From positions 1 to 64,000 of the forward strand of contig QPMI01000648.1 of the NCBI GenBank assembly GCA_004431415.1: a stretch of 64,000 nucleotides of DNA. The letters are read 5' to 3'. Below, one piece after another: positions 38,999 to 51,722 of this stretch (its first letter is position 1; each line of letters starts with the position of its first letter). A program made the translations under genes and the position numbers. The notes under the pieces are model-generated. The model was not told the DNA's origin. It did no database searches and saw only the letters and a list, made by a program, of their open reading frames with translations. The DNA comes from Cyanophora paradoxa CCMP329. Lineage: Eukaryota; Plantae; Glaucophyta.

Positions 38999-39367
38999 TA
39001 TTTGACCTGCAGCTGGAATTCGAATCCGGATTGGAGTGGCCATGATCATGATTGGAGTTGAATTCGAAATTCACACAAATTAAAGCTTTACATGCGTATG
39101 CACACCACAAATGCAACGTCTATTACGCTAACAAACAACTGCAAGCGCTAGCTATATCCCATGATCATAATATTCAGCGGGTCTTAGTCCTTGGCTCTAA
39201 ATTGTATACTTTCTTGTATAATGTAAATACAGCTATCGATTACGTATATATACGCAAGCAAACAACTGCAAGCGTAAGCGCTAATATGTATCGATATCTC
39301 ATGATCATAATATTCAGCGAGAGGTATCGTAATCCTTGGCTCTAATTATATATACATTGTATACGTA

Positions 39368-39582
39368 TTTTTTTTTGGTGAATTACCGGCCACAGCCTCT
39401 AGTCTACTCCAGCACTGCGGGGGCGTATACAGGCAAGGTGGGACATGATCGATCGGAATTATGTGGAGCGGGCGGGATTCGAAGGCGTGATTCTCATCGC
39501 AGGGCGATTCGAACACGGAAGGCATGATATAGACAGCGTGTATGATAACCACACCGCTATGAGCGGGGGTATAAACATACCC
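39368..39582 (-). mobile_element. Putative tRNA-derived SINE
   Basis: 11-bp TSD TTGTATACGTA (39357-39367 / 39583-39593). The minus strand has an A-box-like TAGCGGTGTGG, a B-box-like GTTCGAATC and a poly(A) tail. Confidence 0.7.
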
Positions 39583-39802
39583 TTGTATACGTACATTGTA
39601 TAAACACTATTTATATGTAAGCACTGCGCTAAAACAAATCCTTGCATGCGACTGCTGTTGAACCGTGGGCGAGCGACGGCGTCGGATCCTAAGCACCATC
39701 CCTCGAGCGACGGCGTCGGCTGCACGCCAGGCCGGCGCCTTGGGAGGCCGGGCGACGGGACGATCGCGAGGGAAGCGAGCGACGGCCGCCGGCGCAGCCG
39801 GC

Positions 39803-42800
39803 CTACTCGTCCTCCTCCTTGCCGATGCCCACGAAGTAGTGGTGCAGGTGCACGCACTGCGCGGGCGAGGCGCGCCGCATCAGACACGCGCTCGAGGCCG
39901 CTCGCGAGCGGAGGGCGAGGGCGGGCGAGGCCGGGCGCGCCTTGAGGACGACGTCCTTGGGGATCATGTGGAGGATCTGGCCGGCCCGGCCCGTCTCCTC
40001 TCTCAGGCGCGCCAGCATGGGCGCGAAGAGGTACACTGCGCGCTCGCGACGGGTGAAGGCGCACGCCACGTTAAACAAACGGTACCGGGAAGTATAATAG
40101 GGCGTGCGGGGGACCAGCGCTCACAGTATAAACCCGCCAAGAACAAAATGACGAAGGTGAGGATCAGCGCCTGCTCGCCAAACGTTACCGAACCATCTCA
40201 AAATGCAAGAACGGCGCTCTGAAACCAGTAAGAGCGCGTGTGCGAGAGCGTGCACGCGCCTCCATCGTCTCGATGACGCCCATGGAGGTGAGGGACTCGG
40301 CGACGAAGGCGGCGGCCGCGCGGTTCAGCCCGTCGTCCAGGTCCCCGTCGTCGATCTGCCGGCCGTCCGATCAACCCAACGGTGGGACACCTTGCAGCCC
40401 GATCAAGGCGGACGCGCCTCCATAATGAGGTCCAGCTTGTTTGATTTTATGTCGAAGTTGTTTTTCTGCGCCCAATTAGTACACGTGGACGTATTCGTAT
40501 ACGCAGTTCGATCAAGGCGATTGTAAGGCGCCCACCTTGATGTACTTTGCCTCCTCCTTGCCGGTGATCAGCAGGTCGGGGGTCGTCTCCTGCATGATCT
40601 CGACGACGAGGTCCGTCACGCCCATCACGAGGGCGTCCAGCCCGTTCGCTGCGCAGATGCTCGCGCGTGAGGTCGAACCCGGTAGTCAAGCAAGAGAGCC
40701 ACACGCACTGACGAGCTGCATGTCTTCAACGCGATTGTCGACGCACTTGGCCGCCTGCACATGCTTTACGTCAGAGCGGGCCGCAAGAAAAGATCGCATC
40801 TGCAAATGTGCCCGCGCGCACGTCGAGGCGAAGGCAGCCGGGGTCGTACATGATGGAGTCGAGCTGCTTGTTGCGCCCGTTGGCGCCCAGCACGTTCAGC
40901 TCCGGGTTTCCGAACTTCAGCGCCTGGTGGATCTCTTTCAGGCTGCGCGCGCGCGGGCCAGCGTCGTCTGTGAGTGAACTTTCCAGTCCTAGAAGAAACT
41001 ATCCGCCGTCGCGAGCTTCGAGCTCGGGCGCGGCTACGCACAGTGCCGCCTTTCTGACGAGGCGCTCGAAGACCTCGGCGCGGGGCAGGAAGATGGCGCC
41101 TGCGGGCTGGAGTGAGGAAGATCTGGCCATGGAGACGAAACCTTCGGGGGCCAGGCCGGCGCCGGCGCGTCGCGGGTCGCGGGCTGTGCCGCGGCACATG
41201 GACTAGACTTCGAATAGCACGTCGCGTACGTAGATGGAGATTTTTGAGGCGTTGTTTAAGACAAGGGACACAAGGACGGCGCCGGCCGCACCTTGGAAGT
41301 AGAGCTCGCGAGCGTAGAACGCCACTTCGCGGGCGATTGAGCGGCGCTGCAGGCCCCGGCCGCGTCAGCAATGTTTGCAGGCTCGGCTCAAGCTATAGGT
41401 CTGCTATGCTACAGCTGTTCACGACGCACCCGGCCGGAGAGGTTGATCTCGTACGCGTAATTCTTGCCGGCGTCGAGGATAATGAAGCAGACAACGAAGT
41501 TGACGATGAAAATGCCGGCCTGCATGAAGGGACCGATCAGCAAACGAAGTTCTCATGGATGGTGGAGCAGCTCGAGCCGAGGCGGAAAAATGGATTCAAG
41601 GGGCCGGGCGCGGGGCCGCGCACGATGACAAAGAAGGCGGCAGTGTACTTGTACGTGAGCCTGCGCCGGGGAGAGCGCGCAGCGCGTTTGGTGAGGAGCA
41701 CTCGGAGGATGGTTACGAGCGCTCGGAGCGCACTTGGTGAGGATGTCTGCGCCCTGCTTCTCGCCCTCGTCGCCCCGGCGCGCTTTCTGCTTCTGCTCCG
41801 CGTCCTTCTTCTTCTTCTTGTCCTTCTTGGCCTCCTCCCCGCAGCTGCTGCTCTTCTCCGCGCCCTCCTGCGCCTCCTTGCCGCCGGCGTGCCGCTTGTG
41901 ATGCGCAGGGGCCTTGGGCTTGTCCTCATCCGCAGACGCTGCCGCCTCTGCTGCGGCCTTGCGCAGGATGCCGCCCGTGGCGCCACCGTTGCTGCCCTGG
42001 CGCACTAGCGGCGTCGGCCGCGGCTTATGCGTCAGCTGGATGCTGGCGCTGCGGTCGCGGCGCTCCTTGCGCTGATCCTCCTCATCGGGGGTCCAGCTAC
42101 CGGCGCCGTGGCCGCTCGACGCGCTAGCGGGCGCACTCGCGACGCCCGTCTTCGAATTCGCCTTCAGCTTGTCCGTGTACGAGTCAGCGCTAGCGGGGCG
42201 GATGGACTGGAGGATGCGGACGAGCGCCTCGTCGGCGTCGCCCAGCTCGGGGATCGCCAACACCGCCTCGGGCTCCTCGCTCGACCGCGCCGTGTCCGCC
42301 CCGCCAACGCCAAGCGTTCCCTGTTCAGGGGACGACGGCGCCTCGAGCTCAAGGTCGCCAACCACAGCGGGACCCGCCGCCGCCGCCGCCGCCGATCCCG
42401 ACGGCGGCCTCGAGGCGCGGCGGCTCCCCGCGCTCCCGCCGCGGCTGCCGGCGCCATCCGCCGAACTCTTCTCGATGGACGAGGCCGAAACTCGCGCCGC
42501 AGCTGGAGCTGGGGCGGCGGCCGTAGCCGCGGGCACGACATCCACCGACATCGACATCCGCTTCGACTCGGCTGGGCCCTCGAGCTCGGCAGCCGTCGTC
42601 TCCGACGCCTCGCCGGCGCTCTTCTCGACCTCGTACTTCTTGGCGGCCCCGCGCTTCCTGGAGCCGCCCTTCTCCTTCCGCTTCCCCTTCCTGCGCTCCT
42701 TCTTCTCCTTCTCGTCCGCGCTCGACTCCGACGCCGCCTCCTTCTCCTCCCGCTCCTTCCCCTTGCCGGACGCCCTGGAGCGCCGCGACGGCTTGGAGCG

Positions 42801-45800
42801 CCGGGCCGACTTCTGGCGCCCGCCGTCCTCGGCGCCGTCCGACCCCAAGCTCTTCGTGCTCTCGCGGCTGCTGTCCGACGAGTTGGCGCCCTTGGCGCCC
42901 CCCTCCTCCTCCTCCTCCTCCTCCGAGTCGCCCTCGCGGTCCCGCTTCTGCGCCTTGCTGTAGTGCTTCGCGATCTGCTTCAGCACTGGCGGCGGCCGGG
43001 CGCAGGTCAGCGCTCGGGCCGGCGGGGGCGGGCCGGCGGGGGGCGCACGGGGCCGCGGGATCCCCTCCAGGATGTCGCTCATGCCCCGCATCGTGACACG
43101 CACCTTCGCGAACGAGGGCCTGCGCGCCGGTGCGCAGTTAGGTCGAGATTTGCGTTCGATTCAGGCGGCTCGGCAGAGGAACTCGGTGAAATTAAGCGTC
43201 GATCTCTTATTTGATCTAAGAAATAAGGCAGCCCGCACCGGAACACGAAGACGGCCAAGCAGAGGAGCGTGGCGCAGGAGAAGAGGCAGATGCCGAGGAG
43301 GATGTACTTCGCCTTCTCGATCGTCATGATCACCTGCGCGCGGCGCAAGGGACCAATTAGGTGCTGGCCGGGCCGGGCCCGCGGCCGGCCCGCCCCCTCC
43401 CCCGCGCACGTCGTCCTCGTAGATCCCGGCGCCGACGTTGAGGGCGTCGAGGATGCCGAAGACGGCGTTCTGGAAGACGTATCTGGGGGAGGTTCGCGCT
43501 TTGCGGCATAAGGAAGGCGTAAGGAAGGCCTACTTGAGCTCGCGGATGCCGGCGAGGTTGATGCCCTGGAAGACCTCCATCGGCATGAGGCTCACGCGCC
43601 GGCACATGATCATGCTGGAGGGCCGGCCGGCCGACCGGCGTGCGTCAGAGTCTCCGAGATTGGGGTGCGGAGCGGGACGGGCACGCACATCCCGTTGCCG
43701 GCGTCCCAGATGGTCTGCTTTTCCGTGATTTCGTAGATTGGGGGCCCAGGATAGTGGAGCACGATCTCGGTATTCTTCGTCTTCCAATAGTTCACGATCT
43801 CGGGGTTCGTGCTCGCCGGGATCCCCAAGTCTGCACGCCCCGCATCAGCCCCCGCGCACGGATGTCGACGGCCTCAAGTTCAGTCGCAAGGATGCACCGT
43901 CATATCCGAAGTAGAGGCCACGGTGGTCGAACGAGAAGTCCTTGGCGCGAATGCCCACCTCGCTCGCCCAGTGCGCGAACATCTCCGTGTCTGTAGCGAG
44001 CGGGCTGATGTCAAGAGAAAAATGGGCGCGGCGCGATTCAAAAGCGGGTAAAAAGCTGCGGACTGTTGGCGAGGGCGGCGAGGTGCATGTGGCGGATCAG
44101 GGTGTTCACGTGGACGACACGGCGCCGCTGGAACGAGAGGAAGCGCAGCCGACTGTTGTTCTGCGAGTACTCCACGAAGAGCATCTGCGGAGAGCGCCGG
44201 GTACCCGTCAGATGAGGCTGGATCGTACTCCGGCCCGCCCCACACGGGGCGGGCCCATGGCCGGCGGCTACCTTGACGGCGATGAACATTGCGCAGGCAA
44301 GGCCGCCCAGCAACAGCAGCCCGACGACGATGCCCCTGCGAGCGGCCGCGAGGGGCGGTGAGCGGGTGCGGGGAGGCCCGCGCGCTCCAGGCGGGCGCGC
44401 GCGCGCACCAGAAGAGGCGCTTGACGGCCTTGGTCTCGTTGGAGCGGAGCCGGAGCTCCTTGTTGGCCGCCCGCTTCTTCGCCGCCGCCGACGACGAGGC
44501 CCCCGACGAGGCCGACTGCGACTCCGACGCCGACTGCGTGCCCCCGCCGCCGCCGCCGGCCGACTGGCTCTGCGACTGGCTCTGCGAGGCCGAGAGGGAG
44601 GCCGTCTTGGACTCGGACTCCTCGACCTCGTCGGCCTTCATGTAGTAGAGCTGTGCCCGCTGCTTGTCGTTCTGACGGGGGCGCGGGCGCGGGGCTCTCA
44701 GAGAGCCTGCCGGTGGGCCGAGGGGAGGGCCGGGGCGGGGCGGACGAGGCAGTGCTCGAGGAAGGAGGCGTAGGAGCGGAGGAGGATCTTCGAGTTGCCG
44801 TAGCCTGCGCGCCGGGCGGTCGGCGTCGGCGTCGGCGGCACCGTACGCGTGGCGCGAGAGCTCGAGCCCCGCGCACGCTTGATCAGGGCGACGTATGCAC
44901 TCTCGGCGCCCAGAGCCACCTGATGGATGTCCGCAAGCCTGCCCGGCGAGATCAGAGGCGCGCGGCCGGGCGGGGCGGGGCGGGGCGGGCCTGCGGGGGA
45001 CGTCGTCGAGGGCGCCCACGACGTGCAGGTTCTTCTTCGTCAGCTGTATCCAGAACTGCCGCGTCATCTTCAGCGTCTTCGTGTCTGCGCCGCGCGGCCG
45101 GGGCCGGGGCCAGTCAGATTGGACGGGCCGGGGCGAGCGGAGGGCGGGGGTCGGCGCACGGCTCTGGCGGGCGCTCTCGTACTGCTTCTTGGCGTCGGCG
45201 GAGCTGAAGAGGTCCGCGGCGGCGACCTGCCCCCCCTGGCCCCCGCTGTACACCTGCGCCTGCCGCTCCCAGCTGCAGTCGCCGGCGGAAGAGAGTGAGA
45301 CGGCAGGCTCGATCGCGCGCGCTGGAGGCCGATCACGGGGGCGGCGCACAAGAGCTTGGTGGCGTGCAGCTCGTAGCGGTAGTCGACGGTCGGCTCCTTC
45401 CGCCACCTGCCCCCGCGGTTCCAGTTTCAGCAGGAGAGCCATCCAGCGCGCCGGCCGCGGGCCGGGGCCGTGCGCACCCGATGCGGATCTCGGCGTGGGC
45501 AGCGTTCGGGTTGTTCCCGTACTGCTTCAGCAGGTTCGCCAGCTGCGCATGCGTATGCCGCCCGCAGCAGCGAATGTGAGCAAGGGCGGGACGGCGCGGG
45601 GCGTGCATGCGGAGGGCCGGGGCCGGGTGGGGGCGCGCCTGGAGCTGGAGGTAGGCGAGGTCGGGAACTCGCCGATCGCGTGGCGGTACATCGCCTCCGC
45701 CTTCTGCTCCGCCGGCCGCGGCCGCGGACGATAAGATAAGGAGGGGGTTCGAAGGGGGAGCGAGGGGCGCGGGACGCGGCGGACGGCGACGGCGGGCTGG

Positions 45801-48006
45801 GACGAGTCGCGGAGGAGGAGGACGCGGACGGCGAGCTCGGCGTCGAAGTGGGTCTTGAGGTCCAGCTTGTCCACCTCCTCCACCCGCGACATCTTCTCCG
45901 CCTTCGAGAGCGGAGGGTGAGGGGCTCGCGCGCGCGCTTGGGTCGGGCGGGCGCGGGCGCGCCTGCCAGTAGCGGAACCAGACGAGGGCGAGGCCGCAGG
46001 CGAAGGCGAAGCCGGCGAAGGCGAGGGCGACGGCCGAGCCGAGGGCGCGGCTCGACTCGCCGGGGCGCCCCACCGAGGCCAGCACGCACGACGCCAGCGC
46101 CAGGCACGACGCCGACGCCAGGAAGCCGCCCCGCTGCGCATGCGCCCCGGCGGTTAGGCTGGGGGCGGGGGGGGGGGGGGGGGGGGGGGGGAGGTGGAGG
46201 TGCGGGTGAGGGAGGTGCCGGAGGGGGGGGGGGGGGGGGGGGCATGGCCAGCACGCACGACGTAGTTCATGATGGGCTTGTAGGACGGGAGGAAGGAGAA
46301 GTGGAGGTAGAGGGGGAACGCGGTGCACGCGAGCGAGACGAGGCACGCGATGAGGTCCGTGGAGGGTACGACGATCGTCGCCGCCACCATCGCGATGCGC
46401 GCCAGCGCGTACGCCGCGTGGAACCTGCACCGGCACTCTCGATCCCGCGAGGACGGCAACGGGCCCGGCCCGAGCTCGAGGCGCACCGGCCGTGCGGGCG
46501 GGACTCGTAGTCCGGGCAGCTGACGTGGTTGTGGCGGAACAGGAAGAAGTAGAGGGTGGAGAAGAGGATGAAGAAGCCCAGGACGGCGCCCGAGATCGCC
46601 GCGTACAGGGTCTGCGCCCGCCCGCCCCGCTCGGACAGGACCGAACTGGGCCGCGCGCAGGCAAAGGGACGCCGGGCGCGCCCACTGGAGGTTGAGGCAG
46701 ACGAAGAGCGGCGGCGAGGCGGGGTCCGTGGGGAGCGCCGGCCGCAGGTCGTCCTGCCGGCCTCGCGTGAGTCGCGGGCGCCTCACGCATGCCGGGCCGC
46801 GCACCTGCCCGCAGGCGAAGACGCTCGCGAAGAGCTGCGAGGGCGTCAGAGGCAGGCTGCCGGGGCGCCGACGGGGCCGGCCGGGGGTGGCGCGTCGACG
46901 CGCCTTCAGGTAGGGCGTGAAGAGGCCGAAGAGAAGCGCCTGCGGGGCGGCGGTGGAAGGGTCCGCCTTAGGGCCGGCGCGAGCGGGCTTCGGGAAAGCG
47001 CAGAAAGCGGTACCCGTGCAGCCATGGACATGTAGACCTGGACGCTACGACCCTTGCCCTTCTGCGCGTCGGTTCGCGAGAGCCCGAGTCAAGCGAGACC
47101 GCGCGCGATCGCGAGGGCCTCCGGTGACTCAGGTGGCGAGCTGGCCGCACCGACTGCCTCAGGGCGTAGTACCCGAAAGCCAGGATGGCGTAGAGGGTGG
47201 CCGTAAAGTAGACCCAGAACGTTTTCTGCGGCGTGCGCGTGAGGCGGAGCATTCGCGATCGGCGCGGCGCGGGCGCGGAACACCGCACCGTGAAGGCATC
47301 CCAGCTGTGCTGCGTGAAAAGGATGTGCAGGTCCAGCCACTGAAGCAGCGGCCGCGTGACTCCCGCGTCGAAGCCTGCGGCCGCCGGCCGGGCCGGGCCG
47401 CACACAGATTAGTCAATTGCAACCGGCCGCGGTCGACGTCGCCGGCCCCGGCTGCAAGCCAAACGCACCCGAGAACCTTCCTATGACCAGCGCGAGCAAT
47501 TGGAGCCCGTCCACGATCGACCAGACGACCGCCAATATTTGCTCTGGCCACGGGGGCCCCGAACCCGAGTCAGCTCGGGTCCGGCCCGCGGCGGGGCGAT
47601 GGGCCCACCTCGCCTGTTGTTGTACTTCTTCGTTGTTATCTCGGTCTGCGTGCGAAAGCAAGCGATGATCATGAGATCGAAAGCAACCCACGCGCGCGTA
47701 GCAGGCCGCGGCAGCGGACCAGTGCGACTTGAACCGCAAACATCGACCGCCATAGCTGGTTCAAGTTTCAGTGAGCTAGGAGAGCATGCGCAGAGATTAT
47801 AAATTGCGCGTCGAGGGCGCACCCGATCCTCATTCTGTGCGCCAGCGCGGGTTATGATCAGCTATGGGTTCGCAAACGGAGAAGCACAAGACTATAGCTA
47901 GTACTGCAGGGCCAGTGCAGGCGCGAGGCCTAGGAAAAGATAGTCAATATGGTACAAGACGCACCTTGCCGACTGCTCCATCCTCGGCTATCCGCTTCGT
48001 CTCCAT
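39803..48006 (-). CDS. TmcB/TmcC-like polytopic membrane protein without PAS domains, copy B (inverted paralogue of copy A)
   Basis: Reverse-complement paralogue from METKRIAEDGAVGK to GIGKEEDE*. An apparent 1-bp deletion at ~45655 may be a sequence error. Confidence 0.75.
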
Positions 48007-48914
48007 GTGCGGACCCTATCCGCTTCCTCCGGCTCTATCCTCTCTTGGCGGGCGCGCGGGTGCCGAGGGGCCCGGCTCTTCTGCGGCCAAGTGTGGCAGC
48101 GGCACCTGCACCCGTCCTGTAGGTGTGAGGAGTTGCAGCATATGTACGCGATCTTCGGAAAGCGTACCGGTACTGCCGCTCCTGTGCCAGGAAGCACGTC
48201 GTCAGTGCTGCTTGCGGCAGCGTACGCGTCCAGCCAGCAGCCCGCTGCCAACTGCAACTGCAATCTCAAGGGTGTGCAATCTTCTAAGAGACTAGTTGCT
48301 CGTCGGGCCGAGTCGGCCCGCGGCGGAGTCTGTTTCGGGATCCCACGCGCTCCGGTCCGGAACTTTGAAACTTGATATGCCAAACCAGCTGCAGCCTGCA
48401 GCACTGCCGCACTGCGGCAGTCTCTCAGAGTCTAGATCTGGCAGCGGATAACGTAGTACCGGTATCCCGCCGAAATAATAATCCCGGATATCGATCGAAA
48501 TCCAGCTTAATTGTGCCGATCGAAGCTTGCGAACGGTGGGGAACTTACTAAGTTAAGCAGCGGTAAGCTTAAGCTTGGCACGGCGGCCCGTCGCCGGGCC
48601 GTCGGCGGGGGGAAGAGCTTCGAATTCAGGGGGTATAAAGTCTTAAACGACAACAAGAACTGGCCAAGCCGCCTAGGCCTGCCATTTCGAATTCCAGGAC
48701 ATTTCCGAAATTTTCAAGCGAAGCCTCTTTCTCAGACCCGGTCACCGACGACCCTAATTCCGTTCAAGCGAAGCCTCTTTCTCAGACCCGGTCACCGACG
48801 ACCCTAATTCCGCTCGGATTCGAACCCGAACTTTTTCATCTCCCCTGTAAATAATTTCCCTGTCCAGCCTCCTCATGAAAAATTAATAATTTTTCCTCGA
48901 CACGGACGTGACGC

Positions 48915-50087
48915 TTTTTTTTTTTGAGAGACTACGGTGGGGCGAACCCCCCGTAGGTAGTGATATTAAAGACAACAAAGCAATCACAAATCAAAGATAC
49001 AGTAAACTAGCACAAAATATATACAGAATCAAGAGGGAGCACGAGAAGGGACACGATCAAAAGAACGCAAAAGATAAGGAGAACGAGCACGAGGAGAAGG
49101 AGTAGAAGAGCTCAAGGGCGTCGACACAGAAGTACTAGTCACACTAGAACGACGAGGAGCACGGGGACGCAGCAAATAAGGAGAACGAGCACGAGGAACT
49201 ACAGTCGAAGACAAAGATCTAATCAATGAATTCGCACACACCGAGACAATACGGCTAATGATAGAACTGAGGTGTCCGTAAAGTGTCAAGTCGAAAGATG
49301 AGCCTACTGGTTACGCCGGGTAGGGAACCTATCAGCCATCGGACAGGGTGGAGCTAGTCAAGGAGACGTAAACTAAAGCAAAGCTAACCCAGAGCAGAGA
49401 GCTACTACCTATACATCTAGCCTAGCTTAGGACTAGGCTACAGAGAGGACTACCCAGGGGTCTACGAGTGCTGCCTGCTAGTGCTGCCTGCCTAGGGACC
49501 GTCGGGACGTCCGGAGCTCGCGGGCTGTTCTACTGTACGGTAGGAAAGCCAGGACGGACCCGCGGTCTAATCTGCCTACTCTCGACGCGGCCGCGACTAC
49601 AGCTAGCGCGGCGGGCTCCGCGTCGAGGGGGCCGCTCGCCCGAAGCGCGGGTGGAAGCACGTCGGCGTAGAGGGGCCGAGGGGAATGAGGCGAGGGGGGA
49701 CGTTGCGGGGAAGAAGTGGGGCGGGACGGAGAAGGTCGGCGCCGGCCGTGGCGGGGAGGGGGAGGGTCGGATTTCTCGGTCAGCAGGGCTTCCAGCCTCG
49801 AACCAGCCGCCGCACCCCCGCCGCGGGCAATTGCGAGCCCCCTCCGCGGCGGTCCTTCAACCCACGGTCCTGGCACGATGGCCGGGGTATCTGGTGGGTG
49901 CAACGACCAGCCGAAGCCTTCCGCCAAGCCTTCCGGTCCATCGTTCCCTCCCTGTCGAGGCGCGAGGAGCGTTGGCGAGGTCGTGAGTGGGAGGCAGGGC
50001 CAAGAGAGCGAGCAGGAGGGCAGAACGGGAGAGGGAAGTCGAAGACAAAGATCTAGACGAAGACGACAAGACAGAGCTAACAGCAGA
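48915..50087 (-). mobile_element. Family R1 retroposon, 5'-truncated
   Basis: TSD ACGGACGTGACGC(TT) at 48902 and 50088, T11 tail, and homology to 9854-10193. Confidence 0.85.
49222..50036. mobile_element. 815-bp insertion of unknown class nested in R1
   Basis: 19-bp direct duplication AGTCGAAGACAAAGATCTA at 49203-49221 and 50037-50055. The insertion is absent from the R1 copy at 9.7 kb. Confidence 0.75.
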
Positions 50088-51351
50088 ACGGACGTGACGC
50101 TTCCCCCATCACACACAAATGACTCAGCTACCCTAACCCCCACAAACCTCTCTAAATTCATTTTTAGCGTCGTGACTCCCCTAAGACGACCGCTCGCCCG
50201 TGGGCGTCGCGCGAAAATCGAATTTCCCTCTGGATCAATTCCGGTACTTGAGCTCCGACAAACGCAGTCCGGGTCAGAAGGTGGGACCCGGTCCCGCCCG
50301 GTCCCGCGACGAAATCGCGCCAGGGGCGCCCCAGAACGATACAGAATGACGGGCGAGGGCGAGCGCATCGCCGCAAGCTCGATTTCGGGCGCCCTCGACA
50401 CTCCAGTGCGAAGAGTCGGCCGAAAATTTGATCCGGCCGGTCCGGCCCGGTCCCGCGACGCGCGTGATCGATGCGTACTGGCGCGCATAGACATAGCAGG
50501 ACCTGCGCACTCCAGCGATCCGCTTTTCGAACCCGGAGAAGCGCAGGAAGGTACCCGACGGCAAATATCTGATCCTGAACAGGCCCGGACATCTTTCCGC
50601 GCGCCCGCGCCGCGGCGCATGCGCGGAACAATATGATAAGCATTTCAGATGTAGACAAAGCCTTCCGCACGCATTGCAGATGTGCCGGGCCGCGAGGACC
50701 CAGCCGACGCCGAAAATTCGATCCTGGACGGACCTGCACAGCTTTCCGCGCGCCCTCGCATCCACACGCATGCGCATCGCTACAATATTCATCTAAGATC
50801 TTTTAAAAGCCTTTCGCAAGCTCTGCGGACGCGACAGGGCGCGGCAATCCAGCCGACGCAAAAATTCGATCCTGGCCACGCCTGCACATCTTTCCGCGCG
50901 CCCTCGCCTCCGCAGCCCTCCACATCGATGCTATATGCATTCGAGATCCTGTTTAAGCGATTCGCAAGCTCTGCGCATGCGCCTGACCGCGAGAACCTCG
51001 CGATCGCCCCTCCGGATCCCGGGCCTCGCTCCCAACAATATTATATAATTATAATTAATCTCCTCTCAATTTGCTCCACCAGTTAAAAGCCAGTCCAACG
51101 GTCTCCAACCCCTCCCCTAATCATATATTCCCTTTATTTCCTCAGTACATTAATATTCGTCTCTCGTAGCTGGACTGGCCCATGGCCACTGGGCCGGGCC
51201 AGTACTACTGGCGCTGCAGCTGGCCGCCAGCTTCCGGGGCCAGCGCTGTTCATGATCACGATCGGCCCGGCCGCTGGCCGGTGCGCTAGGCCTACTGTGA
51301 CAGCCGCGAGGGCGTCCGAGGCCGGATCTTGTCCGCAACTTGCATGGCCTA

Positions 51352-51722
51352 TTTTTTTTAAATCTACGGTGGGCGTACCCACTCGTAGTACACAACGAGG
51401 ATACAAGTCACAGTACTGTAGGAATGCTTAAATTGCCGCGTAGTTAAATTGCCGAATTCGACCAAAACCGGAATTGCCGTGACGATAAATTGCCGAAACT
51501 TTGGATTTCTTCTATGGCGCCATACAAAAGCGGCCATTTAGCCCTACCCCCTGAGAATTGCCGTGGCTTAAAATTGCCGAATCCGGCCTCTCGGCAATAA
51601 ACGGCAATTTAAAACATCGGCTAAAAATGCATTCCTACAGTATCGGGAACCACGAGGGTTCGAAGTACAACGAAGCGGAAACAGCAGGAGCCGAACCCGG
51701 AAATCCGGGAAGTCGTAGCACG
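51352..51722 (-). mobile_element. Short poly(A) retroposon with an R1-like 3' stem-loop
   Basis: 15-bp TSD AACTTGCATGGCCTA (51337-51351 / 51723-51737), T8 tail, and 3' hairpin CTACG-A-GTGGG-TACG-CCCAC-CGTAG on the minus strand. Confidence 0.8.
51416..51640. mobile_element. MITE (Tc1/mariner/pogo-type) with TA TSD
   Basis: 12-bp TIR CTGTAGGAATGC / GCATTCCTACAG flanked by TA. Six internal AATTGCCG motifs and two inverted CGGCAAT. Confidence 0.85.

Larger units (their letters stand above)
48714..51331 (+). mobile_element. Solo copy of the Helitron2/Helentron-like element, interrupted by retroposons
   Basis: Begins TTT|TCAAGCGAAGCCTC with a 50-bp 5' duplication. The body matches the 1-9 kb units, and it ends GGATCTTG|T with the terminal hairpin deleted. 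Confidence 0.8.

Noticed and set aside
39125-39350. ~128-bp diverged tandem duplication in the spacer
   Set aside because: Only two degraded copies, with no structure suggesting function.
39440-39582. Functional tRNA gene
   Set aside because: Box-like motifs are present but no cloverleaf could be folded. The TSD and poly(A) tail indicate a SINE.
50131-50141. CCCTAACCCC as a telomeric repeat
   Set aside because: It is a single unit and a variant of the element's CCCGAACCCC sequence.
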